Source: an uncultured virus (IMG/VR IMGVR_UViG_3300022752_000052)
Lineage: Duplodnaviria > Heunggongvirae > Uroviricota > Caudoviricetes
Direction: 5' to 3' (one strand)
DNA length: 64,000 nt
Virus record (IMG/VR): IMGVR_UViG_3300022752_000052
Coordinates: 1-64,000 of that record
This document shows, piece by piece, positions 18,197 through 26,343 of the stretch. Every line of letters starts with the position of its first letter. Position 1 is the first letter of the stretch. Below the pieces are notes generated by a model. The model made no database searches, was not told the origin of the DNA, and saw nothing but the letters and a program-made list of their open reading frames with translations. A program made the position numbers and the translations under genes.

Positions 18197-18236
18197 AATT
18201 TACTCAGGCAAGGCGGAGCCTTGCCGGAGCGAAATT
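18197..18236. repeat. Cassette-boundary site 7 (type A, loop GGA)
   Basis: Identical core to site 6. Confidence 0.85.
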
Positions 18237-18263
18237 CGCTCTGACAAGGGTCCTTAAGTTTCC

Positions 18264-18500
18264 TTAGTTGCACTCACATTTTATGCGTAGTGTGTTTACG
18301 TCGACTTTGATACTGTTATACTCAAGGTCTATACCGTAGAACTTAACCGTTTCATTAATCAAAGAATCCGTTTTGGTAAACGTTCCAGGCATCTCCCATG
18401 ACCGCGTACCTACTTTTTCTAAGTACTCCGTTTTGCCTCCGTTTGACTGTGGAACGCATACATAAACATAAATGATAATGATTATTAATTTGCCTAACAT
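18264..18500 (-). CDS. Small protein with hydrophobic N-terminus
   Basis: 78 aa. Confidence 0.65.
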   Translation of the reverse strand: MLGKLIIIIIYVYVCVPQSNGGKTEYLEKVGTRSWEMPGTFTKTDSLINETVKFYGIDLEYNSIKVDVNTLRIKCECN

Positions 18501-18565
18501 GATATATAATTTAAAGTGTTAAAAATTTGTTAAAGTAGGGTAGGCTTTCGCCTACCCCTTTTGGT

Positions 18566-18865
18566 TTACTTTGTGCTTAAGAATTGCCATGTAGGCGTCT
18601 CTTCGTAGGTTGCAATGCCGTTATTTTGCTCGTTGGTTTTACGCGTTTTAAGCATTTTTTCCAACGTTCTAACCCATTTTGAATATGCCCACGTTTTGTT
18701 CTTACGAATGCTTACAGTGAACCCACCTACTTTTAATAGGGTTAAGTTTTGGGACTGTAAACCTTCAATGATTTCAGCGCGAAGCGTTTTTTCCCTTGCT
18801 TCTAAAATTGATTTTGCAGCCAATACCTCTTTTAATTCAACTGCAACACTTTCTAAATTTTTCAT
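18566..18865 (-). CDS. Coiled-coil hypothetical protein (paralog of 2459-2788)
   Basis: KTWAYSKWVRTLEKMLKTRKTNEQNNGIATY; followed by GAAA-loop hairpin at 18538-18557. Confidence 0.75.
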   Translation of the reverse strand: MKNLESVAVELKEVLAAKSILEAREKTLRAEIIEGLQSQNLTLLKVGGFTVSIRKNKTWAYSKWVRTLEKMLKTRKTNEQNNGIATYEETPTWQFLSTK

Positions 18866-18985
18866 AACTTTGTTTTTTAGTGCTCTCGCTTCATTGCGAT
18901 TGCATTACAAATATACAACAAGATTTTTATATTTAATAACTTTTAGCAAATAAATTTCAATATTTTTTTAAATTGATCCGCAAAA

Positions 18986-19025
18986 AATTTACTCGGGCTT
19001 CCTGTTAGTCAGCCCTAGCAAAATT
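18986..19025. repeat. Cassette-boundary site 8 (type B)
   Basis: AATTTA-CTCGGGC-TTCCTGTTAGTCA-GCCCTAG-CAAAATT. Confidence 0.85.
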
Positions 19026-19055
19026 CGTTCGCTTCCGTTCGGTTCCGTTTGGGCA

Positions 19056-19088
19056 TAAAAAAACCCCGAACCGTTTCCGGTCCGGGGC
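19056..19088 (-). terminator. Repeated intrinsic terminator (also about 20726, 21393, 22092, 24100)
   Basis: Minus strand CCCCGGACCGGAAACGGTTCGGGG followed by a T tract. Confidence 0.8.
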
Positions 19089-19097
19089 TGTTTGGTT

Positions 19098-19529
19098 TTA
19101 GAACTCTTGCCACATTTCTTGAGTGACGTCCTGCATTTCTTGTACCCATATATCGAATAAGGGGTGTTGAGATTCGTCGAACTGTTCCCATTGTTCCTTT
19201 TGGTACATCCCCTCCCAAAACTCAGATTCTTCAGGTAGTGCATCTATTTGTTGAGGGAAAAACTTTTCGGGGTGATAAGATAACAAAGACATAAAAATTA
19301 TCTCTTCTGATTTCTTTGCCCAATTTTTGAATTCTTGGATAAAAAATTCAGGACCAATTGAAATTTCTGTACCGTCCTGTAATTCTTTTTGGCATTTCCG
19401 GAACGCTTCATAGAATGCCAATTTTGTATCTTCCTGCCCAACTCCAAATCCAACATAGACTTGAGCAGTGTTTAAAATTGGGAACATGGCATTGAATATT
19501 GTCGCCACATAATTCTGATTGTTTTCCAT
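19098..19529 (-). CDS. Acidic hypothetical protein
   Basis: 143-aa sole ORF of its unit. Confidence 0.75.
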   Translation of the reverse strand: MENNQNYVATIFNAMFPILNTAQVYVGFGVGQEDTKLAFYEAFRKCQKELQDGTEISIGPEFFIQEFKNWAKKSEEIIFMSLLSYHPEKFFPQQIDALPEESEFWEGMYQKEQWEQFDESQHPLFDIWVQEMQDVTQEMWQEF

Positions 19530-19642
19530 AAGGATAAAGTATTTAAGTGATTAATTAATGACTCAAAAATACAACATAAAACTATATAATCATAACTTTT
19601 ACCTAATTATTTTGCTAAAAACACCATATTTGATCCGCAAAA

Positions 19643-19682
19643 AAATTACTCGGGCTTTCTGTTAGTCAGCCCTAGCAAAATT
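19643..19682. repeat. Cassette-boundary site 9 (type B)
   Basis: CTCGGGC-TTTCTGTTAGTCA-GCCCTAG. Confidence 0.85.
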
Positions 19683-19735
19683 CGGCGGGGATTAATCATA
19701 AACCAATCCCAGCCGTAAACTACATCTATCATCAT

Positions 19736-20005
19736 CTATAAAAACCAATACTTCATGCAAACTAATGCTATATAAATCCAAACTAAATCATTAAATATAC
19801 ATTTTAAATCAATCCTATCATCTTTACTTATAATGTTTAATAATTCCTTACATATATCCCAAATGTTATTAATGACAATGATAACCAATAATAATTTAAT
19901 CCAGAATGCCCAATCATGAGGAACTGCATCAATGGATAAAAATCTCATTACATGCGTTCCAAATTGGATTGCATCATTATTCAAAAGAGATGATAGACTA
20001 TTCAT
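19736..20005 (-). CDS. Small membrane protein
   Basis: Two hydrophobic segments; lies in a skewed tract. Confidence 0.55.
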   Translation of the reverse strand: MNSLSSLLNNDAIQFGTHVMRFLSIDAVPHDWAFWIKLLLVIIVINNIWDICKELLNIISKDDRIDLKCIFNDLVWIYIALVCMKYWFL

Positions 20006-20095
20006 GTTAATGTGTTTGAAATGTGATATGATAAAATGTAATCCGTTCTAATGATAAAACGAACCCCGACCGTTATAAGCCGAGGTTCGTCCGTT

Positions 20096-20227
20096 CTAAA
20101 TGTTTTTAATTATAGTGCCTATGATTACTAGCACAATCATTAATAACATTCCTACATAGAATGACACGCAAACAATCTCGATATGATTGTTTTTGATGTC
20201 GATTAACATTCTTTGAGTTCTCGACAT
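20096..20227 (-). CDS. Small single-TM protein
   Basis: Start moved to MSRTQR. Confidence 0.55.
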   Translation of the reverse strand: MSRTQRMLIDIKNNHIEIVCVSFYVGMLLMIVLVIIGTIIKNI

Positions 20228-20286
20228 AACTATTTGTTTAAGGGGTTTAAAAAGTGCCCCGCGATATAACCGCGGGGCTTTTTTGT

Positions 20287-20532
20287 TTAGGCCTTTTTTA
20301 AGCAATCCTCGATAAATTCTACGGCATTGTTCAATAACCTTTCTGTTGAATGCATGTGGACGTTTTCAACTTCATTTGGAAATTTACCTTTTAATCTGTA
20401 AAATTCCTCTCTTGTTTTTACCATAGATTCTAAGTACTTTTCCTGTGATTCTTTAGAACCATAGTACTTTTGTTCAACCATTGTTGAAATAATCAAATCC
20501 GCGAATACTTGGCTTACAATGAATGCTGACAT
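20287..20532 (-). CDS. Hypothetical protein
   Basis: 81 aa; promoter upstream and GCCCCGCG hairpin downstream. Confidence 0.75.
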   Translation of the reverse strand: MSAFIVSQVFADLIISTMVEQKYYGSKESQEKYLESMVKTREEFYRLKGKFPNEVENVHMHSTERLLNNAVEFIEDCLKKA

Positions 20533-20645
20533 AAGGATAAAATATTTAAGTGATTAATTAATGACTCAAAGATACAACCAGTTACGCTATATTCCTAATA
20601 TTTTGTCAATTATTTTACCAAAAACACCCTATTTGATCCGCAAAA

Positions 20646-20685
20646 AATTTACTCGGGCTTTCTGTTAGTCAGCCCTAGCAAAATT
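20646..20685. repeat. Cassette-boundary site 10 (type B)
   Basis: As site 9. Confidence 0.85.
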
Positions 20686-20771
20686 CGTCGGCGTCCGTTT
20701 CGTTTTGATACGTTCCGTTTGGGCATAAAAAAACCCCGAACCGTTTCCGGTCCGGGGATTCTGTTTAGGAG

Positions 20772-21200
20772 TTACATAAAAAGCAGCCACTGATATTCTA
20801 ACCCTCTTGCGAGTAAATAATCCCCAAAGGACATTGAGCCGTGAGTAGAAGAGTGACACACGCAATCGTGAATGTTAACACCTACCGCTGGAGTGATATG
20901 AGGGATTAAAGCCTGCTTCAGGAACCCTTTAACCGCGCCATTATAGGTGCAGTATGTTTTGCCGTCTCTTTCCTCAATTTCATAGGTGAACTGGCTCCAC
21001 GCCGTGTAGATTAGCATGTAGCCCTCTTTCCAGATTATCTCCGCATAAGAGTCGGTAAACTCTAAATCTACCATTCTAGCTTTGTTACGGTAAGGTATCC
21101 CGTTTTCGTCGTGTACCATTTCAAAATCAGAGTATTTGTCAGATTGGCAATACTCTAATAGGTCTGCAATTGATTGAGAAATTTCAAATGTGATTTTCAT
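20772..21200 (-). CDS. Hypothetical protein
   Basis: 142-aa sole ORF of its unit. Confidence 0.8.
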   Translation of the reverse strand: MKITFEISQSIADLLEYCQSDKYSDFEMVHDENGIPYRNKARMVDLEFTDSYAEIIWKEGYMLIYTAWSQFTYEIEERDGKTYCTYNGAVKGFLKQALIPHITPAVGVNIHDCVCHSSTHGSMSFGDYLLARGLEYQWLLFM

Positions 21201-21312
21201 GATGTAAAATATTTAAGTGATTAATTAATGACTCAAAGATACAACCAGTTAAGCTATATTCCTAATATTTTGGCAATTATTTTGCTAAAAACACCATATT
21301 TGATCCCCAAAA

Positions 21313-21352
21313 AATTTACTCGGGCTTCCTGTTAGTCAGCCCTAGCAAAATT
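21313..21352. repeat. Cassette-boundary site 11 (type B)
   Basis: As site 8. Confidence 0.85.
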
Positions 21353-21436
21353 CGTCGGCATCCGTTCCGTTTCGATACGTCCGTTTGAGCATAAAAAAAC
21401 CCTGAACCGTTTCCGATTCAGGGTTTTATCTATCAC

Positions 21437-21688
21437 TTACAGTTGTTGAATCTTAATCAACACTTCATCTACTTGTGAAGGTGATAAGTACCCAAGTACG
21501 TCGTCCGTTATGGGTGTAGTATAACATAACTTGTCATTTTTTAAGACGGCTAACTCATACAATCCCATATTGCCACCGTAGCTAAATGGGTGTTTTACAA
21601 CACTAGCGCCGTAACCATTAGTAAATTCAATACGGCTAACGACTCCTCCCATTTTTGGTTCAAAAACTAAATCCTTAAATGACTTCAT
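21437..21688 (-). CDS. Conserved-looking phage protein
   Basis: F.NGYGASVV...SYGG..GLYELAVL...TPITDDVLGYL pattern. Confidence 0.8.
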   Translation of the reverse strand: MKSFKDLVFEPKMGGVVSRIEFTNGYGASVVKHPFSYGGNMGLYELAVLKNDKLCYTTPITDDVLGYLSPSQVDEVLIKIQQL

Positions 21689-21723
21689 GATAATAAAATT
21701 TAAAAGTTAATAATATTAAAAAG

Positions 21724-21751
21724 TACGCGTTTTAGGTATGCGCGCCCCACC
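21724..21751 (-). repeat. Intergenic GTGGGGCGCGCATAC-N6-7-ACGCGTA motif, copy 1 of 4
   Basis: Other copies at 24413-24440, 24847-24874, 25333-25359. Confidence 0.8.
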
Positions 21752-21756
21752 ATTTT

Positions 21757-21909
21757 TTATAAGGGTGTCCCCTCCTTCTCTGTGATACGGTAATAAGTAC
21801 CATTATCAAATTCAGTAACGTGTATTACGTTCCAGTATTTGTCTTGATTCTTGGCAATTGCGTTTTTTGCGCACTTCAAATACTTATAAAATTTAACTTT
21901 GTACAGCAT
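21757..21909 (-). CDS. 50-aa protein, paralog of 24881-25033 (not in ORF track)
   Basis: MLYKVKFYKYLKCAKNAIAKNQDKYWNVIHVTEFDNGTYYRITEKEGTPL. Confidence 0.75.
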   Translation of the reverse strand: MLYKVKFYKYLKCAKNAIAKNQDKYWNVIHVTEFDNGTYYRITEKEGTPL

Positions 21910-22020
21910 AGCCGTAAATATTTAAGTGATTAACAATGACTCAAAGATACAACCAGTTAAGCTATATTCCTAATATTTTGGCAATTATTTTACCAAAAAC
22001 ACCATATTTGATCCGCAAAA

Positions 22021-22060
22021 AATTTACTCGGGCTTCCTGTTAGTCAGCCCTAGCAAAATT
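22021..22060. repeat. Cassette-boundary site 12 (type B)
   Basis: As site 8. Confidence 0.85.
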
Positions 22061-22136
22061 CGTTCGCTTCCGTTCGGTTCCGTTTGGGCATAAAAAAACC
22101 CCGAACCGTTTCCGGTCCGGGGCTTTTCTGATTTGA

Positions 22137-22541
22137 TTAATGACCATAATCAAATCCGAAAAAAATCTTTTTGCCAGATTTCAATACATACTCAGATGTA
22201 TGAATACCACAGCACATTTGATTAACTGATTTGATGAATTCATGTTCATCATCATTTATGGTGTAATTACCGATGAATTCATAATTATCATTGTTAAAAT
22301 CATCAAGGGGAATGAGTTTTTCCACCTCAATTAACTCTTCAATAGTAATGTTTGATCCGACACCCATTACTCTTTTAAGGAAGAATACATTTGGGTCATT
22401 GGATTCAATAATTAATCTAGCTTGTGCTAGTGCATTTTCTAGTTTTCCTCTCTCAGATGGGTTCGAGATTGCATCATTAATTTGATTAAATAAATAATCA
22501 ATTGCATTTAATGCCAACTCAATTTTAATTTCCTTATTCAT
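22137..22541 (-). CDS. Hypothetical protein
   Basis: 134-aa sole ORF of its unit. Confidence 0.8.
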   Translation of the reverse strand: MNKEIKIELALNAIDYLFNQINDAISNPSERGKLENALAQARLIIESNDPNVFFLKRVMGVGSNITIEELIEVEKLIPLDDFNNDNYEFIGNYTINDDEHEFIKSVNQMCCGIHTSEYVLKSGKKIFFGFDYGH

Positions 22542-22650
22542 AACAAAATATTTAAAAGATTAACAATGACTCAAAGATACAACCAGTTAAGCTATATTCC
22601 TAATATTTTGGCAATTATTTTGCTAAAAACACCATATTTGATCCGCAAAA

Positions 22651-22690
22651 AATTTACTCGGGCTTCCTGTTAGTCAGCCCAAGCGAAATA
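22651..22690. repeat. Cassette-boundary site 13 (type B)
   Basis: CTCGGGC-TTCCTGTTAGTCA-GCCCAAG-CGAAATA. Confidence 0.8.
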
Positions 22691-22763
22691 CGCTAGCCCT
22701 CTTTGGCTACGTTCCATTGAATAAGAGAGAGCCTCCGTCCGTTTCCGTCCGGAGGCTTCCGTT

Positions 22764-22889
22764 CTACTCTTCTTCCTCTTCGTCCTCTTCCTCTTGTCCC
22801 TCAATTAATTCACATACTAAGAGGTCCGCCTCATAGTCATCAAGTAACTCCTCGGTTACTAAGGTTCTTAAAAACTCTTCGTGGCTCAT
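22764..22889 (-). CDS. 41-aa highly acidic peptide (not in ORF track)
   Basis: MSHEEFLRTLVTEELLDDYEADLLVCELIEGQEEEDEEEEE. Confidence 0.65.
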   Translation of the reverse strand: MSHEEFLRTLVTEELLDDYEADLLVCELIEGQEEEDEEEEE

Positions 22890-22943
22890 AACTTTAATTT
22901 TAGTGGTTAAAAATAGCCCCGCGTTTTACCGCGGGGCTTTTTT

Positions 22944-23156
22944 CTAGCATTTAGAATAGAACAAGTGGAAACTTGAACGCTCTTCTGGTGTTGCCAAGAT
23001 AGCTTCTGTCTTGCGTATGTCATCAGGAGCATCACCTATGGCATACTTTTCAACTGAAACATAAATCATACCTTCGCGAGTAATACCGGCCCATTTACCA
23101 GTTTTTAACTGAATAAATTTTGAAGCCTTAACTTCAGAAAACTTTACTTCGTACAT
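22944..23156 (-). CDS. Hypothetical protein
   Basis: Probable start MYEVKF (23156); GTG at 23180 is an alternative. Confidence 0.65.
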   Translation of the reverse strand: MYEVKFSEVKASKFIQLKTGKWAGITREGMIYVSVEKYAIGDAPDDIRKTEAILATPEERSSFHLFYSKC

Positions 23157-23277
23157 AACCTGATTTTTTAGCGCAGCCACCCCATTGCGACTACCCTACA
23201 AATATACAACAGAAAAGCATAAATTCATAACATTAGTACATATATTTTACCAAAAACACCATATTTGACCCTCAAAA

Positions 23278-23317
23278 AATTTACTCGGGCTTCCTGTTAG
23301 TCATCCCTAGCAAAATT
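23278..23317. repeat. Cassette-boundary site 14 (type B)
   Basis: CTCGGGC-TTCCTGTTAGTCA-TCCCTAG-CAAAATT. Confidence 0.8.
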
Positions 23318-23431
23318 CGTTCTGTCCGTCAATTCATCCGTCCATCTATTCGTTCTATCCGTCATTGCATCTATCCGTCTTTTATATGGGTCTGTCCGTC
23401 GGTGCCGTTCTATTGTGCTGTTCTGTTTGTT

Positions 23432-23957
23432 TTTTGCGGGGAACTATCATGTACATATAATATCAATCCAGAAATATAATACATCTTTTATAAACATTCA
23501 ATTATACATCACTTACATTATATAACATTTAATATAACATCTATCATAACATCTAAACTACATTATATCATATCATCTTATATACATTATCCTATACATA
23601 CATCTAATAATACATCTATCTACCATACATCTAATATACAACATTTATATTACATATCCTAACATCTATCTATATAACATTAAATAAAAAATATAATATC
23701 TAATATACATCTATCTATCATCTAATATAACATCATTTAATCTATATAACATCTATACAACATAAGGTATATCATTTAATCTATATAACATCTAATATAC
23801 ATCTAATATACATGGTACATATCTTATCAGGCAATTCATTATATGTTTTATTATATCCTATTCATCTATCATCTATCTATCATCTATTGTATCATGTGTA
23901 TCTAATGTATCTAATGTGTGTGATGTATGTAGTGTGTGTGATGTAATTGGGCCCCGC
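23432..23957. other. Non-coding skewed tract bounded by convergent GCGGGG / CCCCGC motifs
   Basis: No G in 23472-23765; no C in 23912-23951; rich in CATCTA and CATCTATC. Confidence 0.8.
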
Positions 23958-24138
23958 GATATTGTCCTGTCTATTGTATGCCTGTCTAATGGTCTATCTA
24001 ATGCACTATCTAATGTGTGCCTGTTATTGTATGTGTGTGTCGTTGGGTGCCCCCTACGTCGTCGGGCGAAGCCCAGATCTAATAGGGTTAGAACCAGGCA
24101 AAAAAAAACCCCGAACCGTCACCGGCCGGGGTTTCTGT

Positions 24139-24384
24139 TTAGTTTGGATAGGTAGGTGGCACACCCTCCCATGACCCGCTAAGGTCTAGTTTATTTACTA
24201 ACCATTGAGCTAACTTATTATTGTTTACCGCTGACTTAGGCAACCATACCAGTCTATTTAATTTTACCGCGCCGCCCCAATGAATATCTATATGAAGGAT
24301 CTCACATTGGTATGCTTTCTCTGTTTCCTTTTGCACATAGGCGGCGAAGAAAGCGCCGTTTCTTTTAAACTCAATCGTAATCAT
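24139..24384 (-). CDS. Hypothetical phage protein
   Basis: KETEKAY...VWLPKS pattern. Confidence 0.75.
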   Translation of the reverse strand: MITIEFKRNGAFFAAYVQKETEKAYQCEILHIDIHWGGAVKLNRLVWLPKSAVNNNKLAQWLVNKLDLSGSWEGVPPTYPN

Positions 24385-24446
24385 AATATAAAATTTAAGT
24401 GATTAAAAAATTTACGCGTTGTTGGTATGCGCGCCCCACCTTTGAT

Positions 24447-24806
24447 TTATCTATTTTCGTAGGCTTTTTCGTAGGCTTTGTTTTGTTCCTCTTCGTACAA
24501 GTTAGGAAACCATCTGTTAGTGACTGCCCATTCTACATTGTAAGCCGCATGGTCAAAATAACATGCAAAGTATTTTGTGTATGCTGTTTCTCTTTGGTAT
24601 TGTTCGTCCTCAAGAGAGAACAACCTTTGTATTTCAAGGTCAATTAACTCATACCACAATTTATTATTACAAGCATACCTTGATGACTCGTTTTCGATAC
24701 GATTTATAATACGATACCCATCTTTTTTTCCAATTTCTTTATTAATGTTTGCATAAAGAAGCTCAATGATGGTATTTTTTGAGAAATTAAAATTAATTAT
24801 TGACAT
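24447..24806 (-). CDS. Hypothetical protein
   Basis: 119-aa ORF flanked by GGGGCGCGC motifs. Confidence 0.7.
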   Translation of the reverse strand: MSIINFNFSKNTIIELLYANINKEIGKKDGYRIINRIENESSRYACNNKLWYELIDLEIQRLFSLEDEQYQRETAYTKYFACYFDHAAYNVEWAVTNRWFPNLYEEEQNKAYEKAYENR

Positions 24807-24880
24807 GACTGTAAATTTAAAAAGTTTAAAATAATTTTTTGAAATTTACGCGTTGTTGGTATGCGCGCCCCACCGACTTT

Positions 24881-25033
24881 TTATAGAGGTATTCCCTCTA
24901 TTTCTGTTATTTGGTAATATATTTTACCAAAAAACTCAACTTTTTTATAAGAATTCACATATTTATGTGGATTCTTATTAATAGCGTTTACTGCACATTT
25001 GCGGTAAACATAAAATTTCACATTGTAAAGCAT
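24881..25033 (-). CDS. 50-aa protein, paralog of 21757-21909 (not in ORF track)
   Basis: [50 protein letters not shown]. Confidence 0.75.
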   Translation of the reverse strand: MLYNVKFYVYRKCAVNAINKNPHKYVNSYKKVEFFGKIYYQITEIEGIPL

Positions 25034-25064
25034 AACTAAAAATTTAAAAAGGTTAATGATTTTT

Positions 25065-25295
25065 TTAAGCGTGATTTATGCAATAGATTAAACAGTCCAA
25101 TTCAATGGCAAATAGGATAACTTGTAAATATAACCAAAAAAATAGTAAAGTAGTATTTCGTTTATTTGGGTCTGTTTTTATGACCTTATCAATCCATATT
25201 ATGAAATAGCCCAAAGATAGTAAAATCATTGTTATAGAGGCTAATAAGGACCAAAAAAGTTGTTCGTGTGTTAATGATGTTAATAAGTTAAACAT
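25065..25295 (-). CDS. Small two-TM membrane protein
   Basis: Two hydrophobic helices. Confidence 0.65.
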   Translation of the reverse strand: MFNLLTSLTHEQLFWSLLASITMILLSLGYFIIWIDKVIKTDPNKRNTTLLFFWLYLQVILFAIELDCLIYCINHA

Positions 25296-25367
25296 AGCTA
25301 AAAAATTTAAAAGATTAAAAAGTGGTTAAAATTACGCGTTTTAAGTATGCGCGCCCCACTGTTTTTT

Positions 25368-25487
25368 TTAGAAAGTACCGTGTAAACCGGCGTTAGCCGT
25401 GTCTACAAATTTGCATACTACATAAAAAAGAGTAGCAAATAAAGCTAAAATAATAACGATACATACAATTTTTTGTGAAGTTTTCAT
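25368..25487 (-). CDS. 39-aa single-TM peptide (not in ORF track)
   Basis: MKTSQKIVCIVIILALFATLFYVVCKFVDTANAGLHGTF; promoter TAGATTTG upstream. Confidence 0.55.
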   Translation of the reverse strand: MKTSQKIVCIVIILALFATLFYVVCKFVDTANAGLHGTF

Positions 25488-26343
25488 AACAAAAAATTTA
25501 AAGGTTAAAAAGTTAATTTGTTAGTGCAAATCTAAAAACTTTTTTTGAAAGTAAAAACTATTTGCAAAGTTTTTTTAATTTTTTTTATTCCATACTTTAC
25601 TTTATTTATGTTCCTCACATTGTAAGTAAAGCATTTTTCAGTCTTTCAAATATACGCGCTAAACTTTTTTAGTGCGTCGTACTTCGTAACCGATTAAGTA
25701 CACCACAAATATCGGTTTTCAGATATTGGCTGTCAAGCATTAGGCTAAAAAAATTTTCAAAAAAAGGACCGATCCGCCAAAACCCGCATGGTTATTGGGT
25801 TCTAGCCTCCTGGATATTTTCGATAAGCTACAAAAAACGCAAATTTAACGTGCGCAAATATACCTCTTTTCATATCGAGGTCCATTTTTTTCCCTACTAG
25901 TTATTTATATACCATTTGAAGTAACTTACTAGGCAACCTATTAATTATCAGGCTTTTACGATTTTCCCTATACAGTTTCGGCACTTCTCCGGAATCAATA
26001 TTTAAAAAACCGGCGGGAAAAAAAATTACCACAGATGTCTTTTGGAATCCATATAACATGAGACATACATCAAATAAAAATGACAAGATACATGAAATAG
26101 AAATTAAAAATAACATGAACTCAAAATGAAAATAAAATTTAAAATAACATGAAATATTAAATGAAAAAAGGATGAAAAATAACATTTAAGAAAGCATGAA
26201 ATATAACTTTAAAAACAATGATAAGTAAATGTAGAGAAAATGTATAAAATGAAATGATGATAATATGTAAAATGAAATGAAATGAAAAAAGTGATGTCTC
26301 TAAATGTACTTATATGAGAGAAGCAACATGAAAAAATAATGAT

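Noticed and set aside
15712..18229. N4-type virion RNA polymerase hairpin promoters (GCGGAGC)
   Set aside because: Loops occur in both orientations and are absent from type B copies, and host-type promoters already precede each unit.
9435..23317. CRISPR array
   Set aside because: Repeats are separated by 0.5-2.9 kb of genes, not 30-40-bp spacers, and there is no cas operon. The PD-(D/E)XK nuclease sits in the replication module.
9435..23317. Canonical integron (attC array)
   Set aside because: No RYYYAAC/GTTRRRY ends and no IntI in the window, and the units carry their own promoters. Only an architectural analogy is claimed.
12304..24174. ORFs 12304-12504, 15683-15889, 18989-19243, 19015-19218, 20665-20865, 23916-24155, 23947-24174
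   Set aside because: They run through repeats and terminators or overlap better-supported genes; their similarity to each other only reflects the DNA repeat.
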